A stretch of DNA of 34,375 nucleotides from an uncultured Clostridia bacterium (GCA_964550005.1 CAZJWT010000001.1:1-34375), one strand, 5' to 3'; shown: positions 1-10,072, counted from the first letter of the stretch. Made by a program: numbers and translations. Notes: generated by a model from the sequence alone, not told the origin.

Positions 1-1579
1 ATCTGGATACGTCACGGGGATGTAAACCAATAGTGGGCTCATCGAGAATATAGATCACTCCCACCAGGGATGACCCAATCTGGGTTGCCAGATGAATTCT
101 TTCTGCCTCTCCGCCAGCTAAAGTAGCTGCCGGTCGGTCAATCGTAATGTAGTCCAAACCCACATTGATAAGGAAAGAAAGCCTCTTCTTAATCTCTTTT
201 AGTACTTCCCGGGCAATAAGCGCCTCAGTTGGGGAAAGAGAAATTTTATTGAAAAATCCTTGAGCCTCTTTGACAGAAAGTGCAGCTATATCTGCAATAG
301 ACTTGTCCTGGACGGTAACAGCCAAGCTCTCCTTTTTGAGCCTTTTGCCCTGACAATCTGGACAGACCCTTGTAGTCATATACTTATTAGAAATCTCTTC
401 ACGCACGAAATCAGACTCGGTCTGGTGATAGCGCCTCTCGAGCTGCGTAATCACTCCCTCAAAAGGCTCTCCTGACTCATAGATTTCATCTGGAGAACCG
501 TAAAGGAGTATGTTTTGATACTTCTCGGGAAGCTTTTTGAAAGGTGTGTCCAGACTGAAACCATAATATTCACTGACGTCTTCAAGCATCTCATAGTAAT
601 AGTTTCTGGCAGCCCATTTCCAGCGGTGGCGTCGTGTTGTAATTGGACTGCTCCAAGGAATTAATGCTCCCTCATTTACAGAAAGGCTCTTATCAGCCAC
701 AACAAGGTCTGGATCTATTTCGGTCTTCGTTCCCAGCCCAGAGCAACTGGGACAGGCACCATAGGGAGAATTAAAAGAGAAACTGCGGGGAGATATTTCA
801 CCCATGCTTATCCCACAATGAGGACAAGCGTTGTGGACGCTAAAAAGAGTAGAGCGCTCTCCAGGAGTATCTATTAGAACCACTCCCTGAGCAAGTTTTA
901 AGGCGGTTTCAATAGAATCGGTAAGCCTCGTCTTCACTTCAGGCCGAGTCACAAGGCGGTCAACAACCACTTCAATATTATGCTTTTTGTTCTTGTCTAA
1001 TCTAACTTCCTCTTCCAGGCCGTAAATTTTCCCATCAACTCTTACCCTCACATATCCTTCCTGGCGAATCCTCTCAAAGAGTTCTCTATAAACCCCCTTC
1101 CTTCCCCTTACAAGTGGCGCCAGGACCTGAATCCTGGAACCCTCAGGGAAGTTCAAAACCTGTTCCACTATCTGTTGAGAAGTCTGGGGAAGGATCTCCC
1201 TTCCACATTTAGGACAATGTGGATGACCTACCCTGGCAAAAAGAAGTCTCAGGTAATCATAAACTTCAGTAAGTGTCCCCACGGTAGAACGGGGGTTTCG
1301 ACTGAGACCTTTCTGCTGGATAGCTACAGTAGGAGAGAGACCTATAATCTGGTCAACATCTGGCTTCTGCATCTGACCCAGAAACTGTCGAGCATAAGCA
1401 GAAAGCGACTCCACATATCTCCTCTGTCCTTCGGCATAGATGGTATCGAAAGCGAGAGAAGACTTCCCCGAACCTGAGAGGCCAGTTATGACCACAAGTT
1501 TATTGCGAGGAATTTCCAGATTTATATTTTTTAAGTTGTGCTCTCTGGCACCCTTGATTATGATTTTGTCTTGCGCCAT
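1..1579 (-). CDS. uvrA: Excinuclease ABC subunit A (UvrA), N-terminal ~526 codons; the 3' part runs off the left edge of the window
   Basis: Absent from the ORF track because there is no stop inside the window. My translation of the minus strand from ATG 1579-1577 reads [70 protein letters not shown]... and stays open to position 2 (...[20 protein letters not shown]). It has Walker A GLSGSGKS and Cys motifs CPKCG, CPHCG, CPSCSG and CPDCQG, typical of UvrA. Confidence 0.93.
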   Translation of the reverse strand, partial: MAQDKIIIKGAREHNLKNINLEIPRNKLVVITGLSGSGKSSLAFDTIYAEGQRRYVESLSAYARQFLGQMQKPDVDQIIGLSPTVAIQQKGLSRNPRSTVGTLTEVYDYLRLLFARVGHPHCPKCGREILPQTSQQIVEQVLNFPEGSRIQVLAPLVRGRKGVYRELFERIRQEGYVRVRVDGKIYGLEEEVRLDKNKKHNIEVVVDRLVTRPEVKTRLTDSIETALKLAQGVVLIDTPGERSTLFSVHNACPHCGISMGEISPRSFSFNSPYGACPSCSGLGTKTEIDPDLVVADKSLSVNEGALIPWSSPITTRRHRWKWAARNYYYEMLEDVSEYYGFSLDTPFKKLPEKYQNILLYGSPDEIYESGEPFEGVITQLERRYHQTESDFVREEISNKYMTTRVCPDCQGKRLKKESLAVTVQDKSIADIAALSVKEAQGFFNKISLSPTEALIAREVLKEIKKRLSFLINVGLDYITIDRPAATLAGGEAERIHLATQIGSSLVGVIYILDEPTIGLHPRDVSR

Positions 1580-1631
1580 CACTATCTACCTTCTCTCTAT
1601 AAAAAATATATCAAATTCTATTCCACGACGC

Positions 1632-1690
1632 GTAGGGGGAAAACTCCGTGGCAGCCCAAATAAAGGGCGGGCACAGAGTCCCGCCCCTAC
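1632..1690. repeat. REP doublet (tail-to-tail), family with loop ACTCYGTG
   Basis: 1632-1657 reads gtagggggaaaactccgtggcagccc: head and loop are conserved but the stem has decayed. The reverse complement of 1665-1690 reads gtaggggcgggactctgtgcccgccc, with a perfect 7-bp stem. The two are separated by aaataaa. Confidence 0.85.
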
Positions 1691-1737
1691 GCTTTGCCGC
1701 TACATGAAGGAATTTAGACGTCTTGACTGGGGGTTCG

Positions 1738-3318
1738 TTATTTAGGTGGCTTCTTTTGAATAATTGTGTCCTTTTGCCAGTGGAGGTCATCCCTTGATGG
1801 GCAATCAAGGTTATAGTGTAGACCACGACTCTCTTTACGCTGAATAGCAGAGTTGATAATTAGCTGTCCCACCGTTGCAATATTGCGTAGCTCGATCAGG
1901 TCGCTAGTAATAATAAAATCCCAATAATAGTCCTGGATTTCCTTCTGGAGAAGTTCAATGCGGCGCTTAGCTCGCTCCAAGCGCTTTTTCGACCGAACTA
2001 TCCCCACATAATTCCACATCAACCTTCTAATTTCGTCCCAGTTATGGCTTACCATTACAGCTTCATAGCTATCAACAGCATGTCCTATGTCCCAGGTAGA
2101 AATTCGTGGGAAAGATATTTTTTCTTCTGCCACACACTTTGCCTGCTGACTAGCTCTGTCAGCAAAGACCAGCGCCTCCAAAAGGGAATTGGAAGCCAAG
2201 CGATTGGCACCGTGTAAACCAGTACAGGCGACTTCTCCCACAGCATAGAGCCGTTTAAGACTTGTCCGACCATTACTATCAGTTAGAACCCCGCCACAAA
2301 TGTAATGTGCTGCAGGAACTACGGGAAGCGGTTCTCTGGTCATATCAAAACCGAACGAGCGACATTTCCTGTAAATGTGGGGAAACCTTTTCTTTATGAA
2401 TTCCGGGCTTCTATGTGTGATATCCAGAAAGACACAGTCATCGCCCCTTTTTTTCATTTCGTGGTCGATTGCACGGGCAACTATATCCCGGGGAGCCAGT
2501 TCCTTCTGTGGATGGTATTTGTGCATAAAAGGCGAGCCATCTTTCAATCTCAAAATCCCCCCTTCTCCCCTCACAACCTCTGAAATGAGGAAAGACTTTG
2601 CTTCTGGATGGTAAAGGCACGTGGGATGAAACTGCATAAATTCCATGTTCGCAATCTTGGCCCCTGCCCTGTATGCCATGGCTATTCCATCCCCTGTAGC
2701 CACATCCGAATTACTGGTATATAGGTAGACCTTTCCCGCACCACCAGTGGCAAGAAGAGTGACCTTAGCGAGGAAAGTGTAAACTACTTTTTTCTTAATG
2801 TCCAGGACATAGGCTCCCAAACATTCTCCCTCTCTTACAATAAGGTTTACTGCAATTAAGTTTTCGTTTGTAATTATGTTACTATTTCCCTTAACACGCT
2901 TAGCCAAGGTCTTTTCTACCTCTTCTCCAGTCAGATCGGCAGCATGGATTATCCTTCTTTTGGAATGGCCACCTTCACGAGTGAGGTCATATTTTGTCTT
3001 ATCTTTCTCCCATAAAGTAAAATTTACTCCCCAATTAATTAAATCTCTTACCCTATCTGGGCCATTTTTCACCACTATTTCAACTACATCCGGATGGCAA
3101 AGACCATCCCCGGCAACCAAAGTGTCCTGAATGTGTGCGTCAAATGAGTCCTCCTGACTCCAGACCGAAGCTATTCCTCCCTGAGCATACTTTGTGTTAG
3201 ACTCCTCAATTTCTCTTTTGGTTACTACTGCCACTTTTCCCCATGTGGCAACTTTAAGGGCAAAGCTCAAGCCGGCTACGCCACTTCCTATCACTAAAAA
3301 ATCGGTCTTTACTTCCAT
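1738..3318 (-). CDS. nadB: L-aspartate oxidase
   Basis: 526-aa ORF with N-terminal FAD fold [12 protein letters not shown], plus [13 protein letters not shown] and ESRGLHY motifs of the aspartate oxidase/SdhA flavoprotein family. It lies next to nadA. Confidence 0.9.
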   Translation of the reverse strand: MEVKTDFLVIGSGVAGLSFALKVATWGKVAVVTKREIEESNTKYAQGGIASVWSQEDSFDAHIQDTLVAGDGLCHPDVVEIVVKNGPDRVRDLINWGVNFTLWEKDKTKYDLTREGGHSKRRIIHAADLTGEEVEKTLAKRVKGNSNIITNENLIAVNLIVREGECLGAYVLDIKKKVVYTFLAKVTLLATGGAGKVYLYTSNSDVATGDGIAMAYRAGAKIANMEFMQFHPTCLYHPEAKSFLISEVVRGEGGILRLKDGSPFMHKYHPQKELAPRDIVARAIDHEMKKRGDDCVFLDITHRSPEFIKKRFPHIYRKCRSFGFDMTREPLPVVPAAHYICGGVLTDSNGRTSLKRLYAVGEVACTGLHGANRLASNSLLEALVFADRASQQAKCVAEEKISFPRISTWDIGHAVDSYEAVMVSHNWDEIRRLMWNYVGIVRSKKRLERAKRRIELLQKEIQDYYWDFIITSDLIELRNIATVGQLIINSAIQRKESRGLHYNLDCPSRDDLHWQKDTIIQKKPPK

Positions 3319-3362
3319 GATTTTCCTCTAAGCGTTGAACAATTTGGAATCGTCGCTACTTT

Positions 3363-3433
3363 GCACGGTTAAAACCGTGCCTACAAAACCTCTCCCGATG
3401 CACTCTTATTGTAGGCACAGATTCAATCTGTGC
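3363..3433. repeat. REP doublet (head-to-head)
   Basis: 3363-3384 is gcacggttaaaaccgtgc+ctac and 3411-3433 is gtag+gcacagattcaatctgtgc. These are two different hairpins that share the GTAGGCAC head. Confidence 0.8.
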
Positions 3434-3445
3434 ATAATCTCTTCT

Positions 3446-4372
3446 TCAGTCCTTACTGCCAACCTTCAGGTCTAACATCTTCTTTATGCCTTGATAAGCC
3501 TTCACTCTAGTTTCTTCGGGGACCTTAATAAGGTAGTTCATCTCTTTGAGGGAATGGCGAACTTTCTCTAAAGTGTGGTATTTCATGTTGGGACATACCA
3601 TCTTTTCGCTGGCAGGATAGAATCTCTTATCTGGATTCTCTTTTCTCAATCGGTGTAACATACCGATTTCCGTGCCGATTATTAACTCCTTGGCAGAAGT
3701 TTCTCGGGCAAAACTTAGTATGCCGCTTGTTGAGGCAACCTCGTCAGCCAAATCTAATACTTCCTCCAGACACTCCGGGTGGGCAACAAACTTTGCCTCT
3801 GGATGAGCTCTCTTAACATTCAGGACATCTTCCTTCCTCAATACTTCATGTGTTGGACAAAAACCTTCCCAGCAGATTAACTCTTTACTGGTGGAGCGAC
3901 CCACCCAGTGACAAAGATTTCTATCAGGGACAAAAATAATCTTTTCTTGAGTAAGAGAATTGACCACTTTTACTGCATTTGCCGAAGTGCAACAGATATC
4001 GCTTTCCGCTTTTACCTCTGCCGAAGAGTTGACGTAACAGACCACTGACGCTTGGGGATGGTCCTGCTTTAACATCTTCAGTGTCTCTCGAGAAATCATA
4101 TCTGCGAGAGGACATCCGGCCCTCAAATCGGGCAGGAGAACATTCTTTTCTGGTGAAAGAATGGCGGCTGTTTCAGCCATAAACAAAACCCCGCAAAAGA
4201 CTATAGTGTCTGCGTCAGTGGCAGCTGCTTTCCGGCTCAGTTCCAGAGAATCGCCAACGAAATCGGCAATATCTTGAATCTCCCCTATCTGATAATTATG
4301 GGCGAGAATTACCGCATTTCTTCTAAGTTTCAGCTCTTCAATTTCTCTTAAAATTTCTTCCCTACTTTCCAC
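3446..4372 (-). CDS. nadA: Quinolinate synthase
   Basis: 308-aa ORF with a GTG start at 4372. Motifs NAVILAHNYQ, VVCYVNSSAEVKA and FVAHPEC are typical of NadA. Adjacent to nadB. Confidence 0.9.
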   Translation of the reverse strand: MESREEILREIEELKLRRNAVILAHNYQIGEIQDIADFVGDSLELSRKAAATDADTIVFCGVLFMAETAAILSPEKNVLLPDLRAGCPLADMISRETLKMLKQDHPQASVVCYVNSSAEVKAESDICCTSANAVKVVNSLTQEKIIFVPDRNLCHWVGRSTSKELICWEGFCPTHEVLRKEDVLNVKRAHPEAKFVAHPECLEEVLDLADEVASTSGILSFARETSAKELIIGTEIGMLHRLRKENPDKRFYPASEKMVCPNMKYHTLEKVRHSLKEMNYLIKVPEETRVKAYQGIKKMLDLKVGSKD

Positions 4373-4384
4373 TTTTTTACCTTT

Positions 4385-4415
4385 GTAGTAAGGCAGAGCT
4401 TCGTTCTGCCGCTAC
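4385..4415. repeat. Palindromic element bounded by gtag...ctac
   Basis: gtagtaaggcagagcttcgttctgccgctac, with hairpin ggcaga/tctgcc. It lies immediately upstream of the nadA start. Confidence 0.7.
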
Positions 4416-4422
4416 AATATTG

Positions 4423-4563
4423 AAAAGATAGTTCGTGAGAAGAACTTCTGGAATTTTAGCCAAAAATCGGAGATTGTAGCAGCAAAGCGCTGTCATTGCG
4501 AACGAAGTGAAGTCCCGATTTATCGGGACCACGCCCCGATTTTCAATCGGGTCTCGCAATGAC
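4423..4563 (+). mobile_element. Partial composite MITE-like element (left end, 'ttttagccaaaaa' module and 72-nt cattgcga multi-hairpin)
   Basis: The modules are aaaagatagtt (left TIR-like end), ggaattttagccaaaaatcgg, then 4492-4563 gtcattgcga...cccgatttatcggg...ccccgattttcaatcggg..tctcgcaatgac. No right TIR is visible before the panC stop. Confidence 0.7.
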
Positions 4564-4592
4564 ATCATTATACCGCACAGTTCAGTCTCGGG

Positions 4593-5444
4593 CTACATTC
4601 GTTTCACAAGCATGTTATCAATTAATCTGGTCTTGCCAATCCAAACAGCCAGAGCAACCAAAACCGTTCTTCCCGGTCTTATCATCTTCATATCTTCTAA
4701 GGTTTCAGGGTTAACAATTTTTATGTAATCTATTTTAGCGTAGGGTTCTCTCTGAATAATTTCTTCTGTTTCAGAAATTACATCTGGAACGGAATTTCCA
4801 GCTTTTATCAACTGTTTCGCACGCTTTAGCGCTCCATATAATGAGAGAGCCTCCTTTCTCTCCTGAGAAGAGAAGTAGGAATTACGAGAACTCATTGCTA
4901 ATCCATCTGGCTCACGAACAATGGGGCATTCTCTAATCTCGATCTCCATATTTAAATCCTGAACCATCCTCTTTATAATTTTTAGTTGCTGATAGTCCTT
5001 CTGTCCGAAATAGGCAACGTGCGGTTTCACAATATTGAATAATTTACAGACCGCTGACGCCACACCCCTGAAATGTCCTGGCCGGGACAGTCCACAAAGC
5101 ACTTTTGATAACCTCTCCACTTCCACATAGGTAGAATATCCTTCCCCGTACATTTCGGAAACAGAAGGATAGAAAATTATGTTTACACCTTCCCTTTGAG
5201 CAAGCAATCTATCTTTCTGGAAAGGACGGGGGTACCTCCTGTAATCTTCTCCAGGCCCGAACTGCGTAGGGTTAACAAATATACTCATAACCACGATATC
5301 ATTTTCTCTCCTTGCTCTTTGCATCAGAGAAAGGTGACCCTGGTGGAGTGCTCCCATTGTGGGAACGAAACCGATGGACTTCCCTTCTTCCCTTAGCCTA
5401 TCAGCAACCTTTTGCATTATCGAAATTTTCCTGATTATTCTCAT
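4593..5444 (-). CDS. panC: Pantoate--beta-alanine ligase
   Basis: 283 aa with [14 protein letters not shown] (HxGH nucleotidyltransferase motif), FGQKDYQQ and MSSRN. AGGAGA lies upstream of the ATG. Confidence 0.9.
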   Translation of the reverse strand: MRIIRKISIMQKVADRLREEGKSIGFVPTMGALHQGHLSLMQRARRENDIVVMSIFVNPTQFGPGEDYRRYPRPFQKDRLLAQREGVNIIFYPSVSEMYGEGYSTYVEVERLSKVLCGLSRPGHFRGVASAVCKLFNIVKPHVAYFGQKDYQQLKIIKRMVQDLNMEIEIRECPIVREPDGLAMSSRNSYFSSQERKEALSLYGALKRAKQLIKAGNSVPDVISETEEIIQREPYAKIDYIKIVNPETLEDMKMIRPGRTVLVALAVWIGKTRLIDNMLVKRM

Positions 5445-5460
5445 TCTTCTCCTAAAAAGT

Positions 5461-5496
5461 AAAAAGGGGTCAGAGTCATTTTTGGAGTCATTTTTG
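5461..5496. repeat. Short shared motif plus perfect 12-nt tandem duplication
   Basis: aaaaaggggtcagagtcatttttgg matches the reverse complement of 33101-33126. gagtcatttttg occurs twice in tandem (5473-5484 and 5485-5496). Confidence 0.8.
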
Positions 5497-5498
5497 CC

Positions 5499-5984
5499 TC
5501 AAGGAAGCCTTACCTCTGAATTGTCTTTTAACTCTCCCAATAATTCCCGAATACTCTTGTTCAACACCGGGTGAACCAATTCCGGGGCAATCTCTTCCAG
5601 GGGAACAAGAACAAATCTCCTCTTGTGTAGTTCAGAATGGGGAATCTGTAATTCTTTACCATTCAGGATCTTATCTCCATAAAAGAGTATATCTAAATCG
5701 ATTATTCTCGGTCCCCATTTGATCTCCCTTTCCCTCCCCATCAACTTTTCTATCTTTTCAAGCCTCTTCCAGACTCTTCTGGGAGAGAGTTCTGTCTTCC
5801 CCTTCACTACGGAGTTCAGGAACCAACCCTGCTCTTCGTAGCCCATGGGCTCTGTCTCATATATGGACGACTCCTTTACAATTTCTATGCCTTGTTCTTT
5901 CATCAACTCAATTGCTTTTCTAATATTTTCTAATCGGTTTCCTAAATTGGAACCCAGACCAATATAAATCTCTTGTTTTACCAT
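5499..5984 (-). CDS. folK: 2-amino-4-hydroxy-6-hydroxymethyldihydropteridine pyrophosphokinase (HPPK)
   Basis: 161 aa with IYIGLGSNLGN, RIIDLDILFYG and HKRRFVLVPL, typical of FolK. Its ATG (5984-5982) overlaps the dapL stop (ATGGTAA). Confidence 0.88.
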   Translation of the reverse strand: MVKQEIYIGLGSNLGNRLENIRKAIELMKEQGIEIVKESSIYETEPMGYEEQGWFLNSVVKGKTELSPRRVWKRLEKIEKLMGREREIKWGPRIIDLDILFYGDKILNGKELQIPHSELHKRRFVLVPLEEIAPELVHPVLNKSIRELLGELKDNSEVRLP

Positions 5985-7144
5985 TTAATCCTTCTTAGCC
6001 TCTCAATTGCCTCTTTTATCCTCTTCTCATCCACCGTCAAAGAAAAGCGCACATACCCTTCTCCAGAGGGACCGAGTGCGTTGCCCGGGGTAGAGAGAAT
6101 ACCTATCTCCTCCAAAAGATTCTCCACACACTGGAGCGAGGAATAGCCTTCCGGGACCTTTGCCCAAATGTAGAATGTAGCCTCTGACCTTTTGACTCTC
6201 CAGCCAGTTTTCTCCAATCCTTCACTTAAGAGGTTGCGGCGCCTCTCGTATATACGACGCATCTCATCCACGCAGTCTTGGGCTCCATTCAAAGCCTCAA
6301 TCGATGCAGCCTGAATAGCACCAAAAACGCCAGAATCGATATTCTCCTTCACCGAGGAGAGGCCTTTGAGTATAATCCGGTTCCCACAAGCCCAACCGAT
6401 ACGCCAGCCTGTCATATTGTAAGTTTTGGATAGAGAATGAAATTCAATCCCCACTTCCTTTGCACCTGGGAGTTCCAGGAAACTTATAGGTTTCCTTCCC
6501 TCATAATATATCTCTGAATAGGCCGCATCATTTACCACAACGATATTGTATTTTCTTGCAAATTCGATTACTCTTCTGAAAAAATCTCTATTGGCACAGG
6601 CTGCAGTGGGATTGTTCGGATAGTTGATAAACACCATCTTGCTTTTTGTTGCTATTTCTTCCGGAATTGAATCCAAATCTGGCAGAAAACCATTTTCTTC
6701 CAATAAGGGCATAAAGTAGGGGGTACCTCCGGCAAAGATAGTCCCTATCTTATAAACAGGATAGGCTGGTTCCGGACAGAGAACCACGTCACCCGGATTA
6801 ACAAATGCCAGGTGAATGTGTCCAATCCCTTCCTTGGAACCGATTAGAGCATGGACTTCGTTCTCGGGATCCAATTCTACGCCAAAACGGACTTTATACC
6901 AGCGGGCAATTGCCTTACGAAATTCTAACAGTCCCGAACCAAAAGGGTATCTGTGGTATTTGGGTTCATCTATAGCCCTCTTCATAGCGTCTCTAATATG
7001 CTGAGGTGTGGGTAGGTCTGGATCCCCCACACCCAGATCTATGATATCTATTCCCCGTTGAATAGCCTGTTTTTTCTTTCGGTCAATCTCGACAAAAACG
7101 TAAGGTGGTAACTGGGATAACCTCTCGGAATAACCGAATTTCAT
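5978..7144 (-). CDS. dapL: LL-diaminopimelate aminotransferase (DapL-type class I/II aminotransferase)
   Basis: 388 aa with LPPYVFVEIDRKK and LGVGDPDLPTP at the N-terminus and PLP-lysine motif SLSKTYNMTGWRIGW. It sits between dapB and folK in a dap cluster that lacks dapD/C/E. Its start overlaps the dapB stop by 4 nt (ATGA). Confidence 0.8.
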   Translation of the reverse strand: MKFGYSERLSQLPPYVFVEIDRKKKQAIQRGIDIIDLGVGDPDLPTPQHIRDAMKRAIDEPKYHRYPFGSGLLEFRKAIARWYKVRFGVELDPENEVHALIGSKEGIGHIHLAFVNPGDVVLCPEPAYPVYKIGTIFAGGTPYFMPLLEENGFLPDLDSIPEEIATKSKMVFINYPNNPTAACANRDFFRRVIEFARKYNIVVVNDAAYSEIYYEGRKPISFLELPGAKEVGIEFHSLSKTYNMTGWRIGWACGNRIILKGLSSVKENIDSGVFGAIQAASIEALNGAQDCVDEMRRIYERRRNLLSEGLEKTGWRVKRSEATFYIWAKVPEGYSSLQCVENLLEEIGILSTPGNALGPSGEGYVRFSLTVDEKRIKEAIERLRRIKW

Positions 7145-7932
7145 CTTTTACTTCCTTTCAACCCCAAGAAGTCCTCCATATCGTAAAATCCTGGCGGCTG
7201 CTTGACAATCCATTTTGAAGCCTCCACCGCTCCTCTGGCAAAGCAGTCTATGCTGTGCGCCCGATGGGTTAACTCCAGCCTCTCACCCTTTCCAGCAAAA
7301 ATGACAGTATGCTCTCCCACAATATCTCCAGCCCTTACAGCATGCATTCCTATCTCCTGGGGCTTTCGTGGCCCGACCATACCTTTGCGTCCGTAAACCC
7401 CTGCTTCTTTAAGATCTAAGTTTAGTGCTTGAGCGATGTTCTCTCCCAATTTCGCTGCTGTGCCCGAAGGTGCGTCCTTCTTCCGATTATGGTGGGTTTC
7501 AATAATCTCTACATCGTAACCTTTAAGCACCCTTGCTACACCCTCTACCAATCTAAATAGAAGATTTACTCCCAGACTCATGTTCGGAGCCATAAGAAGA
7601 GGAATGCTTTTTGCTTTCTCTATGACCAACTTCTTCTCTTCTTCTGTGTGGCCGGTAGTACCGATGACCATAGCCTTCTTGAACCTTGAGGCGATTTCTA
7701 AATTCTCCAAACTCGCCTGTGGATTTGTAAAGTCAATGACCACTTCTGCTCCATTAATGATCTTCTCCAGATTATCGGTCATCTTAACCTTCGGTGTGAC
7801 TTGAGTTCCTAAAGCCTTATGACCTTTTGCCTCAATAGCCCCTATCAGTTCTGTATTTTCATCCTGGCTGAGAATATCAATAATTCTTTTACCCATTTTC
7901 CCACAGGCACCGCAGACAATTACTTTAACCAT
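7141..7932 (-). CDS. dapB: 4-hydroxy-tetrahydrodipicolinate reductase
   Basis: The ORF track starts at 7965, but those 11 codons are read out of the heptamer repeat. ATG at 7932 (MVKVIVCGACGKMGK) is preceded by AGGGGGAATT. Motifs GACGKMGK and ETHHNRKKDAPSGTA are present. Confidence 0.9.
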   Translation of the reverse strand: MVKVIVCGACGKMGKRIIDILSQDENTELIGAIEAKGHKALGTQVTPKVKMTDNLEKIINGAEVVIDFTNPQASLENLEIASRFKKAMVIGTTGHTEEEKKLVIEKAKSIPLLMAPNMSLGVNLLFRLVEGVARVLKGYDVEIIETHHNRKKDAPSGTAAKLGENIAQALNLDLKEAGVYGRKGMVGPRKPQEIGMHAVRAGDIVGEHTVIFAGKGERLELTHRAHSIDCFARGAVEASKWIVKQPPGFYDMEDFLGLKGSKR

Positions 7933-7950
7933 AATTCCCCCTAAAATACG

Positions 7951-8002
7951 AATCTCAAATTTCAAATTATAAATTTCAAATTACGGGCATAAAGCCCTAC
8001 AC
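7951..8002 (-). repeat. Heptamer tract (AAATTTC-type, ~5 units) fused to REP gggcataaagccctacac
   Basis: aatctc aaatttc aaattat aaatttc aaattac + gggcataaagccctacac. It lies directly upstream of the dapB RBS. Confidence 0.85.
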
Positions 8003-8010
8003 TACCATAC

Positions 8011-8084
8011 TAATTTCAAATTTCAAATTTCAAATCTCAAATTTCAAATTACAAATTTCAGATTATGGGTATGAAGCCCTACAC
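8011..8084 (-). repeat. Heptamer tract (~8 units) fused to REP gggtatgaagccctacac
   Basis: taatttc aaatttc aaatttc aaatctc aaatttc aaattac aaatttc agattat + gggtatgaagccctacac. Confidence 0.85.
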
Positions 8085-8102
8085 GACAACACAATATCTC
8101 AC

Positions 8103-8975
8103 TTAGATAAGTTTATAATCCCTCAGTGTGGTCTTTAACTTTGCAAGATTTTCTTCAGACATCTTACATAGGGGTAACCTGATTTCGTCTGAAATCATTC
8201 CCATAAGGCTCATTGCTGTCTTAACAGGAATTGGATTTGTCTCATAAAACATTGCACCAAAGAGAGGAAACATCTTCAAGTGCATCTCCCTGGCTTTCTT
8301 AATGTCTCCTCTATTAAAGGCTTCCACAAGACCCGCCATCTTTTCGGGCACAATATTGGCAGTTACGGAAATTACTCCTTTGCCGCCAACAGCCATGATG
8401 GGAAAAGTCATAGCATCATCCCCGGAGAGAACATCGAAATCTTCTCCACACTCCCTCACAATCTGGCTTACCTGACTAATATCGCCGCTGGCTTCTTTCA
8501 ATCCCACAATGTTCCTAATCTTAGCCAATTTCGCCACGGTAGAAGGAAGCATGTTGACGCCAGTTCGTCCCGGCACATTATACATAACAATAGGAACATC
8601 CACAGCTTCGGAAACTTCTTTAAAATGTAAATAGAGACCATTCTGGGTTGGCTTATTGTAATATGGCGTTATCACCAAACACCCATCAGATCCCACTTTC
8701 TTAGCAAATCGGGTCAGTTCAATTGCTTCCGTCGTGTTATTGGAACCCGTGCCGGCAATAACTTTCACGCGGCCATTGACTGCCTTAACCACAGTCTCGA
8801 TGACTAACCTATGTTCCTCGTGAGAAAGAGTTGCAGATTCTCCCGTGGTTCCACAAGGAGCAATTCCCGATGTGCCCTTATTAACATGAAACTCAACCAG
8901 TTCTTCAAGCTTATCCACATCAACCCGATTATTCTTGAACGGTGTCACCAGTGCCACATAGGAACCCGAAAACAT
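8103..8975 (-). CDS. dapA: 4-hydroxy-tetrahydrodipicolinate synthase
   Basis: 290 aa with VTPF, CGTTGE, YNVPGRTG and GLKEASGD (active-site Lys). AGGGAGG RBS upstream. Confidence 0.92.
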   Translation of the reverse strand: MFSGSYVALVTPFKNNRVDVDKLEELVEFHVNKGTSGIAPCGTTGESATLSHEEHRLVIETVVKAVNGRVKVIAGTGSNNTTEAIELTRFAKKVGSDGCLVITPYYNKPTQNGLYLHFKEVSEAVDVPIVMYNVPGRTGVNMLPSTVAKLAKIRNIVGLKEASGDISQVSQIVRECGEDFDVLSGDDAMTFPIMAVGGKGVISVTANIVPEKMAGLVEAFNRGDIKKAREMHLKMFPLFGAMFYETNPIPVKTAMSLMGMISDEIRLPLCKMSEENLAKLKTTLRDYKLI

Positions 8976-8993
8976 CCCCGCACCTCCCTATTA

Positions 8994-9028
8994 AAATTTC
9001 AAATTTCAAATTTCAAATTTCAAATTTC
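8994..9028 (-). repeat. Perfect heptamer tandem repeat (AAATTTC)x5
   Basis: Five exact units that end 18 nt upstream of the dapA ATG. The minus strand reads (GAAATTT)5-taatAGGGAGGtgcggggATG. Confidence 0.9.
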
Positions 9029-9045
9029 TAACCTCTACTCTTATT

Positions 9046-9071
9046 GGGCGACCACGGAGTGTCGCCCCTAC
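9046..9071 (-). repeat. REP, loop ACTCCGTG
   Basis: gggcgaccacggagtgtcgcccctac is identical to 16617-16642. The identity extends to 28 nt with the flanking tt. Confidence 0.9.
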
Positions 9072-9117
9072 AACTTCCTGTCCCGTTTAAAGCGAGCGGA
9101 TTTGATGAAGCGAGCAT

Positions 9118-9213
9118 TAGAATTTTTAGCCAAAAATCGAAGATTAGAGTCTAGTCCCGCAAAGACGGGGCAGACTCCTGAGATTTTTGGCGGTGGTCAA
9201 AGACCAAAAAATT
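9118..9213 (+). repeat. 'ttttagccaaaaa' module forming a 63-nt extended hairpin, plus tail shared with 33078-33109
   Basis: gccaaaaatc (9129-9138) pairs perfectly with gatttttggc (9182-9191). There is an inner stem gagtct/agactc. The tail gagatttttggcggtggtcaaagaccaaaaaatt resembles 33078-33109. Confidence 0.8.
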
Positions 9214-9214
9214 G

Positions 9215-10072
9215 TCAGCGAGCAAAAACCAAATCCCGAGCTACTTCCCCTTTGTAAACTATTCTGACTTCTCCCTCAAGCCAAACACCTTTGAACTTCT
9301 CTATTCCTCCTGTATCTTTTTCCATTACATATTCTACTTTTAAGGTCTCACCGCCTCGAGTATGAACTTCAACAGGAGAGGATACTTTACTCTGTAAGCC
9401 TGAAACCAAAGCCGACGCAACAGCACCCGTACCACAGGCAAGAGTCTCCGCCTCTACTCCTCGCTCATATGTTCTGATATAAATTGAGTTCCTCCCTTGC
9501 AAAGTAACGAAATTTACATTCGCCCCGGAGGGAGTAAATCTTTGATGGCAACGGATCATCCGTCCCAAACTCTCCACATTAACCTTCTCCAGAGCAGGAA
9601 CAAAAATCACGACATGGGGAACACCAACATTGATAAAGTTAACTTTTTGAGATCCACGTGGCTTAAATGGAATTTTAAAATTTAGCTTTATATCGAAGGG
9701 AGTGCTCAATCTCACTTTCACCTTCTTTCCTTTAACCCATGCCTCCACATTTCCCGCTTTGGTCTCCATAATTGCCTTTGGAGAAGCAATTCCTTTAATA
9801 AATGCGAACCTGGCAAGGCACCTGGCACCATTACCACACATTTCCGGCTCACTACCATCTGGATTGAAAATTCGCATCCTGTAGTCAGCCTTCTCTGCTC
9901 TTTCCAGAACGATTAGACCATCAGCGCCAATTGAAAAGCGCCTCTGGCATAGATTGACTGCGAGTTTAGAGAGGGCACGAGGGAGTATCCTCTTCCTATT
10001 GTCAATAATTATGAAATCGTTGCCCCCACTTTCCATCTTTGTAAAAGAGATAGCGCGTCCTCTCAATGCCAT
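9215..10072 (-). CDS. dapF: Diaminopimelate epimerase
   Basis: 285 aa with FTKMESGGNDFIIID and the two catalytic-Cys motifs MCGNGARC and ACGTGA. Confidence 0.9.
   Translation of the reverse strand: MALRGRAISFTKMESGGNDFIIIDNRKRILPRALSKLAVNLCQRRFSIGADGLIVLERAEKADYRMRIFNPDGSEPEMCGNGARCLARFAFIKGIASPKAIMETKAGNVEAWVKGKKVKVRLSTPFDIKLNFKIPFKPRGSQKVNFINVGVPHVVIFVPALEKVNVESLGRMIRCHQRFTPSGANVNFVTLQGRNSIYIRTYERGVEAETLACGTGAVASALVSGLQSKVSSPVEVHTRGGETLKVEYVMEKDTGGIEKFKGVWLEGEVRIVYKGEVARDLVFAR

Noticed and set aside
4373-4592. Riboswitches upstream of nadA (NAD+-I/nadA motif), lysA/dapA (L-box) or mtnP (SAM-related)
   Set aside because: The leader regions are occupied by the repeat modules, and I cannot recognise the conserved cores of these riboswitches on the minus strand. 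An Rfam scan would be needed to exclude them formally.
8067-8082. Strand bias of G-T wobble pairs in the hairpins as evidence for which strand folds (as RNA or ssDNA)
   Set aside because: I counted three G-T pairs on the + strand (8070/8076, 16596/16603, 31598/31658) and three A-C mismatches that would be G-T on the minus strand (16564/16575, 16504/16513, 14767/14814). With no asymmetry, no inference can be drawn.
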